Shown here in pieces: positions 52,421-64,000 of a DNA stretch of 64,000 nucleotides. The DNA comes from Amphiscolops sp. MND2022 (taxonomy: Eukaryota): NCBI GenBank assembly GCA_964187785.1, contig OZ076409.1, positions 31,870,001-31,934,000 of the forward strand. The letters are read 5' to 3'. The position numbers were made by a program, and so were the translations under genes. A model generated the notes under the pieces. It did not search any database. It was not told the origin of the DNA and saw only the letters and a program-made list of their open reading frames with translations. Within the stretch, counting starts at the first letter, position 1, and the number at the start of each line of letters is the position of its first letter.

Positions 52421-52892
52421 ACTCGGGGGGATGGGCAAAATTATGCCAAATTTGAGACATTGAAGACAGTTTTTGTTGTAATAAACCAAAAATAAATAAT
52501 TTAATAGAATTTTTTGAAAGTTATTGATCAAATAATTTTTTATTATATCAAATTAATAATCAAATCAATTGATAAATTTTAATTATCAAATAGTTTTTTA
52601 TTTTGCACCCCTCATGGTGGGGATGGTGAGGGTCTTTAAATAAATGGGTCTGTTGGGGGACTTCATTATCTTTTTGTTATTTATTTTGTTGGGGGATTTT
52701 TCATCAGAAAACTCAATTCTACTAATTGTCATTACTGTTAAATCTCAGTATTATTCTTGGTGGAACGTTTTTAGCGACTGCACTTTGGGGCATACCCTGT
52801 CGGACATATCATAAATGAATCATAGTAATGCGGTGTTACAAATGAAGCAACATGAACGTTTAAAGAGGTCATTGACCAAAAGAAAATTATCA

Positions 52893-53150
52893 TACTTGGT
52901 GGGACTTACACCGATAAAAACGACTTGAAAATCCGAGGTCGGCGTTCGTTCTTTTTCAAAAACCCATCACTTGGTGGGACATACACTCGACATGTCGTCG
53001 ACCAATCAGAAGCCGATGTTTACAACCCGCGTTGGTGGGACATACACACAGCATTCTCGCCGACCAATCAGAGGCCGAGACGCATGGGGCCATTTCACGC
53101 ATTGTTGGTGGGACATACACACAATCCGTTTAACCAATCAAAAACGCCGA
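52893..53150 (+). promoter_or_regulatory. Tandem TTGGTGGGACATACAC + CCAATCA modules (three complete)
   Basis: Fixed motif pairing repeated near 52970, 53032 and 53105. Confidence 0.55.
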
Positions 53151-53609
53151 TTTCATCGATGACAACTTTTCGCCGCTAGTCGGCGCTGTAAAAATGTGTA
53201 GGTGTGGAGTGTAAGGCACTTGGTGGAACATTTTCTCAAATGGTTTCTTTGTCAATTTTAGGCATTTTGCACTATGTGAAAAATGACGTCCCACTTATTA
53301 TGTCCCACCTTGTGCCCGTCCCACCAAGGTCTAGTAAAAAGTGGGGTCTATGTCCCACCAACTCTGGTTTCGTACACGCACACAGTTTTGCATACAAAAT
53401 CACAAGTAGCTTCCCGCGCGACAGCTAACGCAGCTTTGCACGCAGCTTCGCACACACCACCAACAATACCACTTAAACCACACAATTTTTTATAATAATT
53501 TTATTCAATTTTAACATAAAAAAAAGTAAATAAAAATTAACACTAATAATTGAAAAATATACTATTGAAAAATTTGCTGCTGTTAAATTTGTAATTTTAT
53601 TATAAATAA

Positions 53610-56600
53610 ATGGAGAACTGCAGTATTTGCAATTCTGATTATAAAAAAGCTCACAAGTCTGATCATCTAAAATCAATAAAACATTTACAAAAATTAAATC
53701 AATATTATTGTAAAAAATGTAATACATTTCTGCCATTGTCTGACAAGTCTAATCATCTAAATTCAGATGAACATAAAAACAAAACCAAACAACAACACAG
53801 TTGGTGTGAAGATTGTGGTAAATATATAAGTAATTCAAGACATTTCCAAAGTGAAATTCAAACGTTAAGAAGTCAAAACAACGCTACACAAAATGCGACA
53901 GCTCTCGCACAAGCTGTCGCTTTCAGTACGCAGTCTGGTGTAGAAATAATTGTGAATGAAAAAACATACATTAAACTGAGAGTAAATCCAACCAATCATC
54001 TTGAAGAACAGATTAATGATTTCGAAATACATCAACGGAGAAGAAGTTGTATCTCACAAATGGGTTAAATCAGATTTTAATTACAATCACACGCAGATTG
54101 CCTTCGGCACAAACCCAAATGTTCACAACATATTAATGCAGAAATTAGATGATGAACAATTAGAAGGATCAGGTTTTGTGTTAAACGGTATTGTCAATGT
54201 TATAATGGAGGTATATAAAGTCAATGATATTCAAGCTTCTTCGTGTGTTGAGTTGCCAGAAAAGTATAAGAATAATAAATCAACTATAAATATAAAAATT
54301 GATGATCAATTTTGCTTTTTGTGGTGCATCCTAGCACACCTTTTTCCCGTTGAGGATCATAAAAATAGAACATCAAGTTATTCAATGTACACGAACAAAC
54401 GCATTTTAAATGGTTTAGAATTCCCCATGAAAATTAAAGATATTCCCAAGTTCGAAAACTTAAATAATTTAAACGTAAATGTTTTTGAACTTACAAAAAC
54501 AGTTTTAACACCAATTCATATTAACAAAAATTACTTACAATCACAAATTGACTTGCTGCTATTTGAAAATCATTATTGCCTAATAACAAAGTTGCATTGT
54601 TTATTGAATAAGGATTCACACATGAAATGGGTGTGTAGAAGATGTCTAACTGCATTTAGTTCTGAGGATATTCTCAGTCAACACATTGGCCGTTGTCAAA
54701 AACAACAACCAACTAATATCACATTTAGTTGGAAGGATCACTTAAAGTTTGATGATTATCATATGAAAGTTCCCGTACCAATAAGAGTATATGCAGATTT
54801 CGAATGCATTAATCAACCAACAGATGACCCCAAAGTATTATTTAAACAAATTCCAATTGCAGTAGGATTTTATATAATTTCACCATTTGGCAATATTTAC
54901 AGCTCATACTTTGGTGAATCGTGTGTAACATGGTTTGTAAATGAAATGTTGACTTTAGAAGAACTGGCATCGGAATATTTCGAAACTAATATTCCTCTTG
55001 AAATAACCCCCGAAGAAGAAGAATCATTTCAACAATCCAAAGTGTGTTGGCTTTGCGAACGAGAGTTACACGGTGATACTGAAGGTGCTTTGCAAAAAGT
55101 TAGAGACCACGATCACCTTACAGGTAAGTACCGAGGAGCGGCCCACAACAGGTGTAATTTAAATTTTAAAAAAAGGCAAGTTCATTTATTCCCATATTTT
55201 TGAGTGGTTATGATTGTCATCTCATATTTGAAGAACTCTTAACACAAGCTTACAAAATGGGGTGTGAACCAAAAAAAATCCCAAAGTCAATAGAAAATTA
55301 TGTAAGTGTGGAAGTAGGTTGTTTAAGGTTTTTAGTCTCATACCGTTTTCTAAATAGTGGTTTGGACAAACTAGTTAAGAGTATGCAAAGCTCTGCAAAC
55401 AGTTTCCCAATAATGGATGAAAATGGTCTTGATGGTGATTTATTTGAAAAGAAATTGGCATATCCTTACGAATACCTTAATCTAAGTAATATCCAAGAAC
55501 CGTTAAATCTAAGTCCAGAAGACTTTTGGTCAACACTAAAACAAACAATTGCAAGTCTTGAAGAAATTAACACAAGAAATTATTAAAAAATATGATTTAA
55601 AGAACGGACAAGATTTAACGGAATTGTACCTAAAAATGGATGTTCTACAACTCACTGATGTATTCGAAAACTTTGTTGAGAAGTCTACACTTGAATACGG
55701 CATCAATCCTTTGTACAGTTACTCTTTACCTGGTTGTACATGGAAAGCTGGTTTAAAACTCACTAATATTAAATTAGATTTCATAAAAGACAAACAGTTA
55801 TTATTACTACTTGAAAATAATATTCGCGGAGGAATTTCAAGTGTTAGGAGGACCTCGTTACATTGAGTCAAATGAAAATACTAAACTTTTGTACATTGAT
55901 GCAAATAATCTTTATGGATGGGCAATGAGTCAATACCTTCCTACTGGAGACTTTAAAAAGATGCGGTTGTCCGGTTGTGGTGAAGCTTCGCTATGCACAA
56001 TGATGAATTACGCGGAGCTGCGCTAATAGATGGAATTAAAGAAGACATTTTGAATACACCAGATGACATTGAATTTGGATACTTTATAGAATGTGATTAA
56101 GAATATCCAGCAGAAATTAAAGAAAAAACTGAAAACTTTCCACTTTGTCCTTATCAAACAAAAGCAGATCCAGAGTGTTTCTCAGAATACATGAACAGTG
56201 TAAAACAACCCAACTACAAACCAACCGAGAAACTTATGTGTGACCTAACAAACAAATATAATTATATGATGCACTACAGGATGTTCAAGTTTTACACGAA
56301 TTTGGGGATGAAAGTAACAAAGATTCACATGACTTACAGATTCAAACAATCTCTTTGGTTAGAAAAATATATTAATCAAAACACCCAAAAACGCGCCAAA
56401 GCAAAAACAAACTTTGAAAAAGACTTAAACAAATTAATGAACAACGCTTTCTTCGGTAAGACAATGGAAATTGTAAGAGAAAGAGTTAACATACAAATAC
56501 TCCCCCACACCAATATTGATCAAATAATAAAAAGACAATCCAAGTTAAACTTTAAAGGTATTGTAAATCATTACTCCGATTTCAGCGTTTATAAATATGA

Positions 56601-57432
56601 CAAAGAAAAGACAGTCTTTGATAAACCAATTTACTTGGGATTCTCTGTTTTAGAACTGAGTAAATTGTTAATGTATGAGTTTTATTATCACAAATTACAA
56701 CCATACAGTTCGCGAAGCGATGCAAGTGTCAAACTGCATTACATGGATACAGACTCATTCATTCTAAGTATTAAAACTGGAGACCTTATAAATGATTTGG
56801 AATAGTTCAAAGACGATTTTGATTTCAGCGAGCTCGATGAAAATCATGAGTTGTATGACACTATTAACAAGAAAGTTATAGGTAAAATTAAAATAGAAAC
56901 ATCAGCAATTATTGAATTAGACAACTTCGTAGCTTTGAGATCTAAATCATATTCTTTTAGCTATGGGGCAACGCAGAAGACAGTTCAGAGTTCAGAAGGC
57001 AACGCAAAAAGCAAAACAAAAAGGAATACAACATACACCAATTTATTCACAATTTATAAATTCATTATTTAATTCTGAAACAACAACTGCAACTAATTAT
57101 TCTATTCGTTCAAATGCTCACAACCTAACTGTTCAGAAACAAGATAAGCTAGCTTTGAATCCTTTTGATGACAAGCGCGTGTACTTAAATCCAATACAAA
57201 GTTTATCATGGGACAAACACGTACAAAGTGGTGATTGTCCTTGTATATACTGTTTGAAATTAGTTGGGTTGTATTATAAAGAATTGAGCACTAGTGAAAC
57301 GGATGATGGGTGCCCTGCCCTGCAAAACCCCTCCCAAATGAAGAAATGTACTATAACATTTGGACTCTGAAAGAAAAATTGAATCATCAACAGCTTTTGA
57401 ATCTGATAAGTGATCGGGCCCATTTATTGTGA
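53610..57432 (+). pseudogene. polB: Protein-primed family B DNA polymerase with N-terminal zinc fingers and an endonuclease-VII-like domain; multiple frameshifts and stops
   Basis: VYADFEC, GYDCHL, YLKMDV, YIDANNLYGWAM, KLMNNAFFGKT, YMDTDS, LNPFDDKR; CWLC..RDHDHLTGKYRGAAHNRCN. Confidence 0.95.
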
Positions 57433-57494
57433 TAACTGGCGTGACATACACCTTTTATATTTGCGCGAAAGCTATCACGAAGCTACACGAAGCT

Positions 57495-57705
57495 AATTAT
57501 ACTATGATCATTTATTATCATCCTTTATTATCATCATTTACTATCATCATTTATTATCATCATTTATTATCATCATTTATTATCATCATTCATTATCATC
57601 ATTTATTATCATTATTTATTATCATTATTTATTATCATAATCTGGTATATTATTATAACATTACGTTAGTTATCACGTTAGTTATCACATTATAATTCAT
57701 CATTC
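57495..57705 (+). repeat. (TTATTATCATCAT)n low-complexity repeat between the convergent polB and capsid genes
   Basis: Direct reading. Confidence 0.9.
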
Positions 57706-57708
57706 CTC

Positions 57709-58975
57709 TCATATCAAATCAAAATGCCTTTGCCCATCACTACTAATACTTATTAATTTTGGGGTTAATACAAGTGCATAAACTATATAGTCTGCTACAT
57801 CAATGGCAGCATTAAATTTAAATTCTAAACGGATTGGTTGACTCGCAATGTGATCCTTTTGTTTGCTGAAGTCAAATACATAAAAATTATAATTTGTTCT
57901 GAATTTGTGCAAATCAATGAAGGGATTGAGTCAGTTGGTTTCACTTTTTAAGTGATAAAAGTTTTCAATTTCACTGTATGCTTGATCATATTTGTCGCGG
58001 TCGTAATCACATTCTATTCCATCATCAGGACATTTTTCTGATCCTATTTTACAAACAGCATTACTAATTGGCAACCGGTCAAACACTGCATTATCATGAA
58101 CCTGAGAATCAGTTTTATTTCTAGCTTGAAATCCAACGATCACAAAAGTTGGACAGGACTCGCGATAGCTTCCGCCATTGTTGCTATTTCCACCTGCGTT
58201 GCCTAATTCAAATGTCCAATTCGAATTCGTGTTAACATCTTTTCTAAAGACTGTACGTTCGGTAAAGTACAACTCGGTTGGGTCTTTATTTAGAATTTGG
58301 TTCATTACAAGTTGTTGGTTTTCTATGCTAGGAACATAGTGTGGAATATACCAAGAAATATTTTTTATATCTATTTTTGCAGCATCCACTGCATTACCCC
58401 CTTAAAATCTCGTCATTGTTAGTGTTCCGTTTTAAAGTAAGAGTGTAGCCCAATCCATAAGTTATTTTTTCTTGATCAGCAAATCCAAACAAGTCTTTTA
58501 ATTTTATTCTCACAAAAAAGGTTCCTTTCTCATCTTTGTTGTTTGTTAGTTCTTGTCTTCTGACAACAGTACTTTCTTCAAACCCATACAATAACTGCAA
58601 AGTTTGACTAGTGCTTGTCAAAAGTTCAACCATTAAAGAGATGGGGTGCAAGTTGTCAACTTTTTCCAAGTGTTTCCCACTAGAAGTTGTTAATTTGGCT
58701 TCACTAAACAGTGAGATTGGCCCAAAGTTAACCAAGTTTATTTCATCACCGTTGGTATATCTTGTAATATCGTTTTTAGGTGCTTCAAATTCTAGACTTA
58801 TGAAACTATTTTGTAAACATATGTATGCATCTTCTCTTGGCAAACTGATACTTATATTCGAGTTAGCGGTATTGACTGTCGCTAAACTATTCGGTGAGTA
58901 TTTAATGAAATCAATTTTATGAATAGGTTTTTCAAGAGTGTATTGGTTTTTTAAAGAAAACATATCTGTGTTCAT
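57709..58975 (-). pseudogene. Double-jelly-roll major capsid protein, frameshifted into three pieces
   Basis: ISWYIPHYVPS, PTFVIVGFQ and YVFDFSKQ..IRLEFKF motifs of Polinton capsids; ~420 aa in total; genomic context. Confidence 0.75.
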
Positions 58976-59020
58976 TTATAATAAAAATTTAATGGAAAAA
59001 TGTGGGCACAGCTTCGCAAA

Positions 59021-59905
59021 TTACTCAAATTTGTGAAAAATATTCATACTTTCTAATGTTTTGTTGTTAGAGTCAAAGTTGAATATGCTTCTCAAAAGTT
59101 CTTCTTCATAGTATTTTCCTTGAATAATTTCTCCGTTTTCATCATTTAGAGTGTATGTTACTGGGTTTGTTTTGTTGATGCTGTGTAGTTTAAAAAGTTC
59201 TCTATTCCAATTTGTTGTATAACCTTTTGAATAAATGTTCCGTTTGTCAGGAACTCTTACAAAATCTCCCACTTGGAACTTGGGCAATTTATGCGAAGAC
59301 TGCGTTGCAACCAGCTTTGCTGCATTGTTATTATTGGGTATTGCTGTCTTAAAACTCATTTCAAAAGGTGTCATTTTTGTTGTACCATGCACCCTAATAT
59401 TACACTTATCCAAAGCATTAATAATGTGATTCAATCAGTTACCTTTACCCTCAATGTACAATGGTTCTTTGATTAAGTTCAGAAGTGTTCTATTGAAACG
59501 TTCAACAAAAACAGCCTTCAAATCTGAATTAGTTGAATAAATTTGAATGTTTTGCTCGTTTAAGTAGTGTAAAAATGTTGTGTTGTAAAACTCTTTACCT
59601 CTATCCGACCAAATTTTATGAGGTTTTCTTTTACTAGTTTCCAATAAACACTTGAATGCAGTTGTTGTACTTTTTCCTGATTTATCTTTGAGGGGAATCG
59701 CCCATGCAAATTTAGTATGATTGTCAATTATTGTGAAAATAAACTTGTAGTTTTTGTTGTATTTGCTTGAGCGATCAATTAAATCAATATTCCAACATCC
59801 ATCTTCGTAGTGAGTTTGTAATTTAATTCTTTGAAACTTCTTGATTACAGGAGAGAATATTTCTTTAGTGATTGCTATAGCAATTTCTTTCTTATTTTGA
59901 TTCAT
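59021..59905 (-). pseudogene. int: Retroviral-like (rve) integrase with one in-frame stop at 59435-59437
   Basis: DLID, IWSDRGKEF, VERFNRTL, KFQVGDFVRV..KGYTTNW; the two ORFs are contiguous in one frame. Confidence 0.92.
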
Positions 59906-60289
59906 TTATAACAGTTTTTTTATAAATAAAAGAATATTGATTATTGCTTGCAGAGCTATAGAAATAATTATCAAGGTGGTGAAAGCTGGCGCGATAGCTA
60001 TCGCGAAAGCTGGCGCGAAGCTGAAACTGGAGCTGGTGTGAAAACTATCACGCCCAATTAGTATCAGAAAACACGAATCTATAAAGTAATCACAAATCCT
60101 ATGTTGATTGTATGTTTAATTTAATTTATACGTATTATTGTTGTATTATATTGGAATTATATTCGCCCTAGGCAGTTTAAAACAATATTAGAAAAACTAC
60201 TACAATTTGCAGGGTTTAAATACTCTCATCTGACAAACAAGGAACGCGAACAAGAAATAAAAGAATCTCCAAAAAAACCCCACACAACA

Positions 60290-61144
60290 ACTCACATAAC
60301 AATTCTCATTTCATAATCTATGGTAGTAGTGGCTCTGGGAAGACATCCTTCCTAAAGCATTATTTAACACACACTCCTCGCGACAGCTCCCGCACTTACG
60401 TAGTTTTCGTGCGAGTTTCCCTCTCAAAATTTTGCACCGCTACTGCAGTTGGAGAATGTTAATATTGAACAACTTGCTAATAAGATTGTTATACTGGATG
60501 ATGCAGGTGCATACAAGAGTCTTAGATTGAAAGTAGAAGACTTATTTAGATATGGTAGACATCACCAGATTCAAGTAATTTATCTCGCTCACTATGCAAA
60601 GGATGTTCTTCCAATCGTGAGGGAAAACTGTCACAAAATATTTCTAACAATTAATTACCCAGATACTTTCTTCGAGTCGATTGTACAAACTTATGCAATC
60701 AAAGACGCAGTTAATGGGCTTAATTGGAAATACTACCGGGATCAGTTAGAATATGGCATAATTGAATTGGACACAAGGAGTCAGAAATACAAGGTATTAA
60801 ACAATAAGTATATTATAATTTATGATTCGAGCAAACGAAGTAAGTGGGGTCCAGAACAACTTGTTGCTTATGAAAGTTACTTTTTCACTGGTGATGAATA
60901 CAACAGACTCAAAATTTTCTTAGAGGAAATGTCCGACCAGACAATTGAAATAACACCACTCAACATAGCTTATTATTATAAAGCATATTGCAAACAAAAT
61001 AATATTAAAGTGAATGAATCCAAAATAGACAACTACGTTGAGCGTATGCAACAACCACTAATTAGTGATTCAGTTAAAGAAGACTTCAAGAAGTTAATTT
61101 ATGATCATGCAAAAAGTTTTACTAAAAATAAACTGAGGAATTAG
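60290..61144 (+). pseudogene. A32/FtsK-like P-loop ATPase 1 (frameshifted)
   Basis: FIIYGSSGSGKT Walker A near 60320 in another frame; IVILDD, YGRHH, VRENC. Confidence 0.8.
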
Positions 61145-61199
61145 CGGAAGCTATCGCAAGAAATTAACAAGAAATTAACAAGAAATTAACAAAAAATAT

Positions 61200-61560
61200 A
61201 GTGATTTTCAAAGAAGTTTAGAGAAGTTTAGAGATTCTGAGAGGAATTTAGTGATGATAAATTTAGAGATGTTTAGAGATATTTAGAGATACTTAGAGAT
61301 ATTTAGAGATTCACTAATTTCTCTAAACTTCTCGAAACTTCTTTAAACTTCTCCAAGAGTCCTTTATTTAGAGAATTTAGAGATATTTAGAGATATTTAG
61401 AGATTCTAGAGCTCTTAGAGAAGTTTAGAGGATATTAGAGATTCTGAGAGATTTAACTTAGTAATGCCTTAGAGAAATTTAGAGATTCTCTTAGTGATTC
61501 TCTTAGCGACACTGAGAGGAATTTAGAGATTCTTAGAGATTTTCTTAGGAATTTAGTGAT
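61200..61560. repeat. TTAGAGA-rich low-complexity array inside the Polinton
   Basis: TTTAGAGATA units with a short inverted patch. Confidence 0.8.
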
Positions 61561-61669
61561 TTTTTTCTGAATAAATGATGGGAATGAGATGCTTAATTTG
61601 CAATGGAAGTTGTGAAAAAATTTTGTGTAATGATTGTAGTAATAAAAAAAATGTAAAGAGTGTAATAAA

Positions 61670-62990
61670 ATGAAAACTATTTCTAAATCAGATTTCTACA
61701 TCTACAAAAATAGTAAAATGTATAGTACATGTATAGAATATTTTAATAAAAAGATGAGGTGTGAATTTTGTGATAAGGAATTGAATAAAAGTCATTTAAA
61801 ATCTCATATTAAGAAGCAGCATATGCGCGAAAGCTATCGCGAAGCTACGCAGCAAGGCCCCGCGCAACAGTTTTCACAGAGCTATCCACAGAACTATCCA
61901 CAGAACTATCCACAGAGCTATTCACAGAGCTATCCGACAGCTACCACGAATGCTCCTGTGATAACTCCCATGAATAGTCCTGCGACAGCTACCGCGGCAG
62001 CTACCGCGGCAGCTACCGCGACAGCTTCCACAAATACTCCAATACAAAGCTTTGCACAACTTCATGCAGGGCTCGGTGCAGGGCTTAGTGCACAAGGACT
62101 TCGCGTAGCTTCGCAAGGACATCAAGGGCATCGCGTAGCTTCGCAAGGACTTAATTATGAACAACATATTAATATAAAAGATTCTTTCAAATCCATTCCT
62201 AAATGCCCTGTGCGTAGCTCCGTGAAAGCTACTGCGAAAGCTACCACGAAAGCTACCGCGAATGGTATCGTGCAAGGCCCCAATCAAGACCCTGATCAAG
62301 ACCCCGTTAGCTTCCGCGATAGCTTCCGCGATAGCTCCCACGCAAGACCCCGAGCATTATAGTACATTAATAGTTGGTCCATCATTTTGTGGTAAAACTC
62401 ATTTGTTATTAAACAAATTACAATTAATTCAATTGAGTGATGCGGATCGTTGCGCAGAGCGTTGTGCAGAGCGTTGCAGTGAAAAACAAATACATATCTT
62501 TACGAGAAGTCCTGAACAATATAAAGATGTGGGGATAAAACTGGATGTTTGGGATTCAGTAGTGGAAGAAGATTTAGGTGATAAAAGTGTTCAAGGTTTT
62601 CAAAATTGTTGTGTTGTGTTTGATGACATGTTAGACTCCAATCAGAAATTAATAGATCCATTTTTTACTAGAGAAAGACACAAATCTTGTGATGTTTATT
62701 ATTTAAGTCAGAGTTACTTTGAGGTACCCAAAAGAACAATCAGAAACAATTCAAATATAATAATCCTATTTCAACAAACCTTGAAAGATGTTGAACACAT
62801 TTATAGAGATATTGCTGGTTTTGATATGTCTTATGATGAATTCAAAAGTTTGTGTAGAGAGGCATGGAAAGAAAAATACAACTACTTAATAATAAATAGG
62901 TTAGAAGATAAAAATGGGAGTAAACACCAGGTGTGTAATGAATCTAATCCAAATTACATGATCTTCAATCCACAAACGGATCCATTTTAA
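61670..62990 (+). pseudogene. C2H2 finger + low-complexity linker + A32-like packaging ATPase 2 (probable frameshift near 62300)
   Basis: CEFC..HIKKQH; LIVGPSFCGKT, VVFDDM, TRERH..YLSQSYF..RTIRNN. Confidence 0.85.
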
Positions 62991-63064
62991 ACTGAGGTGG
63001 AATCGCGCAAAGCGTGTGTGGGAGGGACTTCTGCAACTACCGCGCGATAGCTACCGCAACTTCG

Positions 63065-64000
63065 CCTTCGGTAAAATTGCTTAGTATGTTGCTACGTATA
63101 TTTTGGTGTTGAGAAGGTGTTATGCATTCATACTCCAGGAGTTTATCTATAATTGCAATAATTTGTTCATTAATCAGAAAACTAAACTATCATTTCCTCC
63201 AACTTTTTCAAAATAAAGTAGTTTCAATTGATCCACTAATTCCTCTGGATCAGATGGGAGGAAAATGTATTGTTGTGTGGAACTTCGCGCGTAGCTTCGC
63301 GAAGTTTCACCATTCAATCCACTTTCTGTGAAACCCTGTGTATCGTGTGTCTGTAATTGATAGCGAGAGTATAATTCTTTAATAAATTGGTATCTGATTG
63401 ATTTTTTATCTCTATAATTTCGATCATATTTCATATCATTTAGGAAAGTTTAAATTGTGTCCAGGTTATTTATTTGTTTGTCAAATTGTGTATTTGTTAT
63501 AAAATATTGAAGATCTGGGTCACTAAGATCATATGAATTCCCACTCTCAAAAGTCATTGTTGAACCTTTGATTAGTACTTGTTGTGGGTTATGGGGATTA
63601 ATTGTGAATAAATTAGGATTGTCTTGTGCGAAGCTCTGCGTAATTGGTTCTAAACTAAATTGACTTTTGTTTTTGTCATTAAGTAAATTGGAAACTGTTT
63701 TTACAAAACTAGAATCAACCTGGTTGGAATTAACAAGACTTGTAAGAAGTTGGTTGTTATGATTTGTAATTTCATTATATTGTTTTATTCCTTCTTTAAG
63801 AGAATTTTGCATGGCTACGTGAAGAGTATTATTATTGTGTTCTATTGCTCTTGTCTGATTTTCAATTGCTTGTGTAACCCCTTGGGTTTGTTTGTCAATG
63901 GCTTGTAGTTGTTTTTCATTTGATTCCACCTGCTTTGTAGTAACAGGTTCAAAAACTTCTTCAAGGTCGTAGTGGAAGTCTTGCTTCCCTAATTTCTCTT
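63065..64000 (-). pseudogene. Conserved Polinton accessory protein, frameshifted, 5' part outside the window
   Basis: VFEPVT near the window edge and C-terminal LPSDPEELVDQLKLL...GGN...EQIIAIIDKLLE. Confidence 0.65.

Larger units (their letters stand above)
53400..64000. mobile_element. Polinton/Maverick (adintovirus-like) endogenous element, degraded, running off the right edge
   Basis: pPolB, DJR capsid, rve integrase and A32-like ATPases, all intronless; many frameshifts and stops. Confidence 0.95.

Noticed and set aside
52420..53400. Polinton left terminal inverted repeat
   Set aside because: No clear AG-repeat terminus or 6-bp TSD, and the other end is outside the window.
57429..57695. 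88-aa ORF
   Set aside because: Translation of an ATC/ATT microsatellite.
61200..61560. Telomeric repeat
   Set aside because: Units are irregular TTAGAGA, not TTAGGG/TTAGG, and lie internal to the Polinton.

Overview
AT-rich eukaryotic (probably invertebrate) DNA with GT-AG introns. (1) 0.4-11.6 kb, minus strand: two tandem chromatin genes, a spliced SETD8-like SET gene with an 11-copy 114-bp coding repeat and a 4-exon gene with three C2HC zinc fingers, an acidic repeat and a KDM2/KDM7-type JmjC domain. (2) 12-53 kb: a patchwork of shuffled duplicated modules, hAT- and Tc1-type MITEs, tRNA- and 5S-derived repeats, a 38-bp minisatellite and a recurrent GGTGGGAC cluster element, with micro-genes (RING fingers, RVxF-motif proteins). 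Three RING micro-genes are each followed on the same strand by a near-invariant 78-nt sequence that folds by hand into a complete HDV-like self-cleaving ribozyme; this is the top finding. (3) 53.4-64 kb: a degraded Polinton/Maverick (pPolB, double-jelly-roll capsid, integrase, two A32-like ATPases) carrying many copies of a GCG-NN-AGCT-NN-CGC palindrome. All calls come from manual reading; no searches or folding programs were run.
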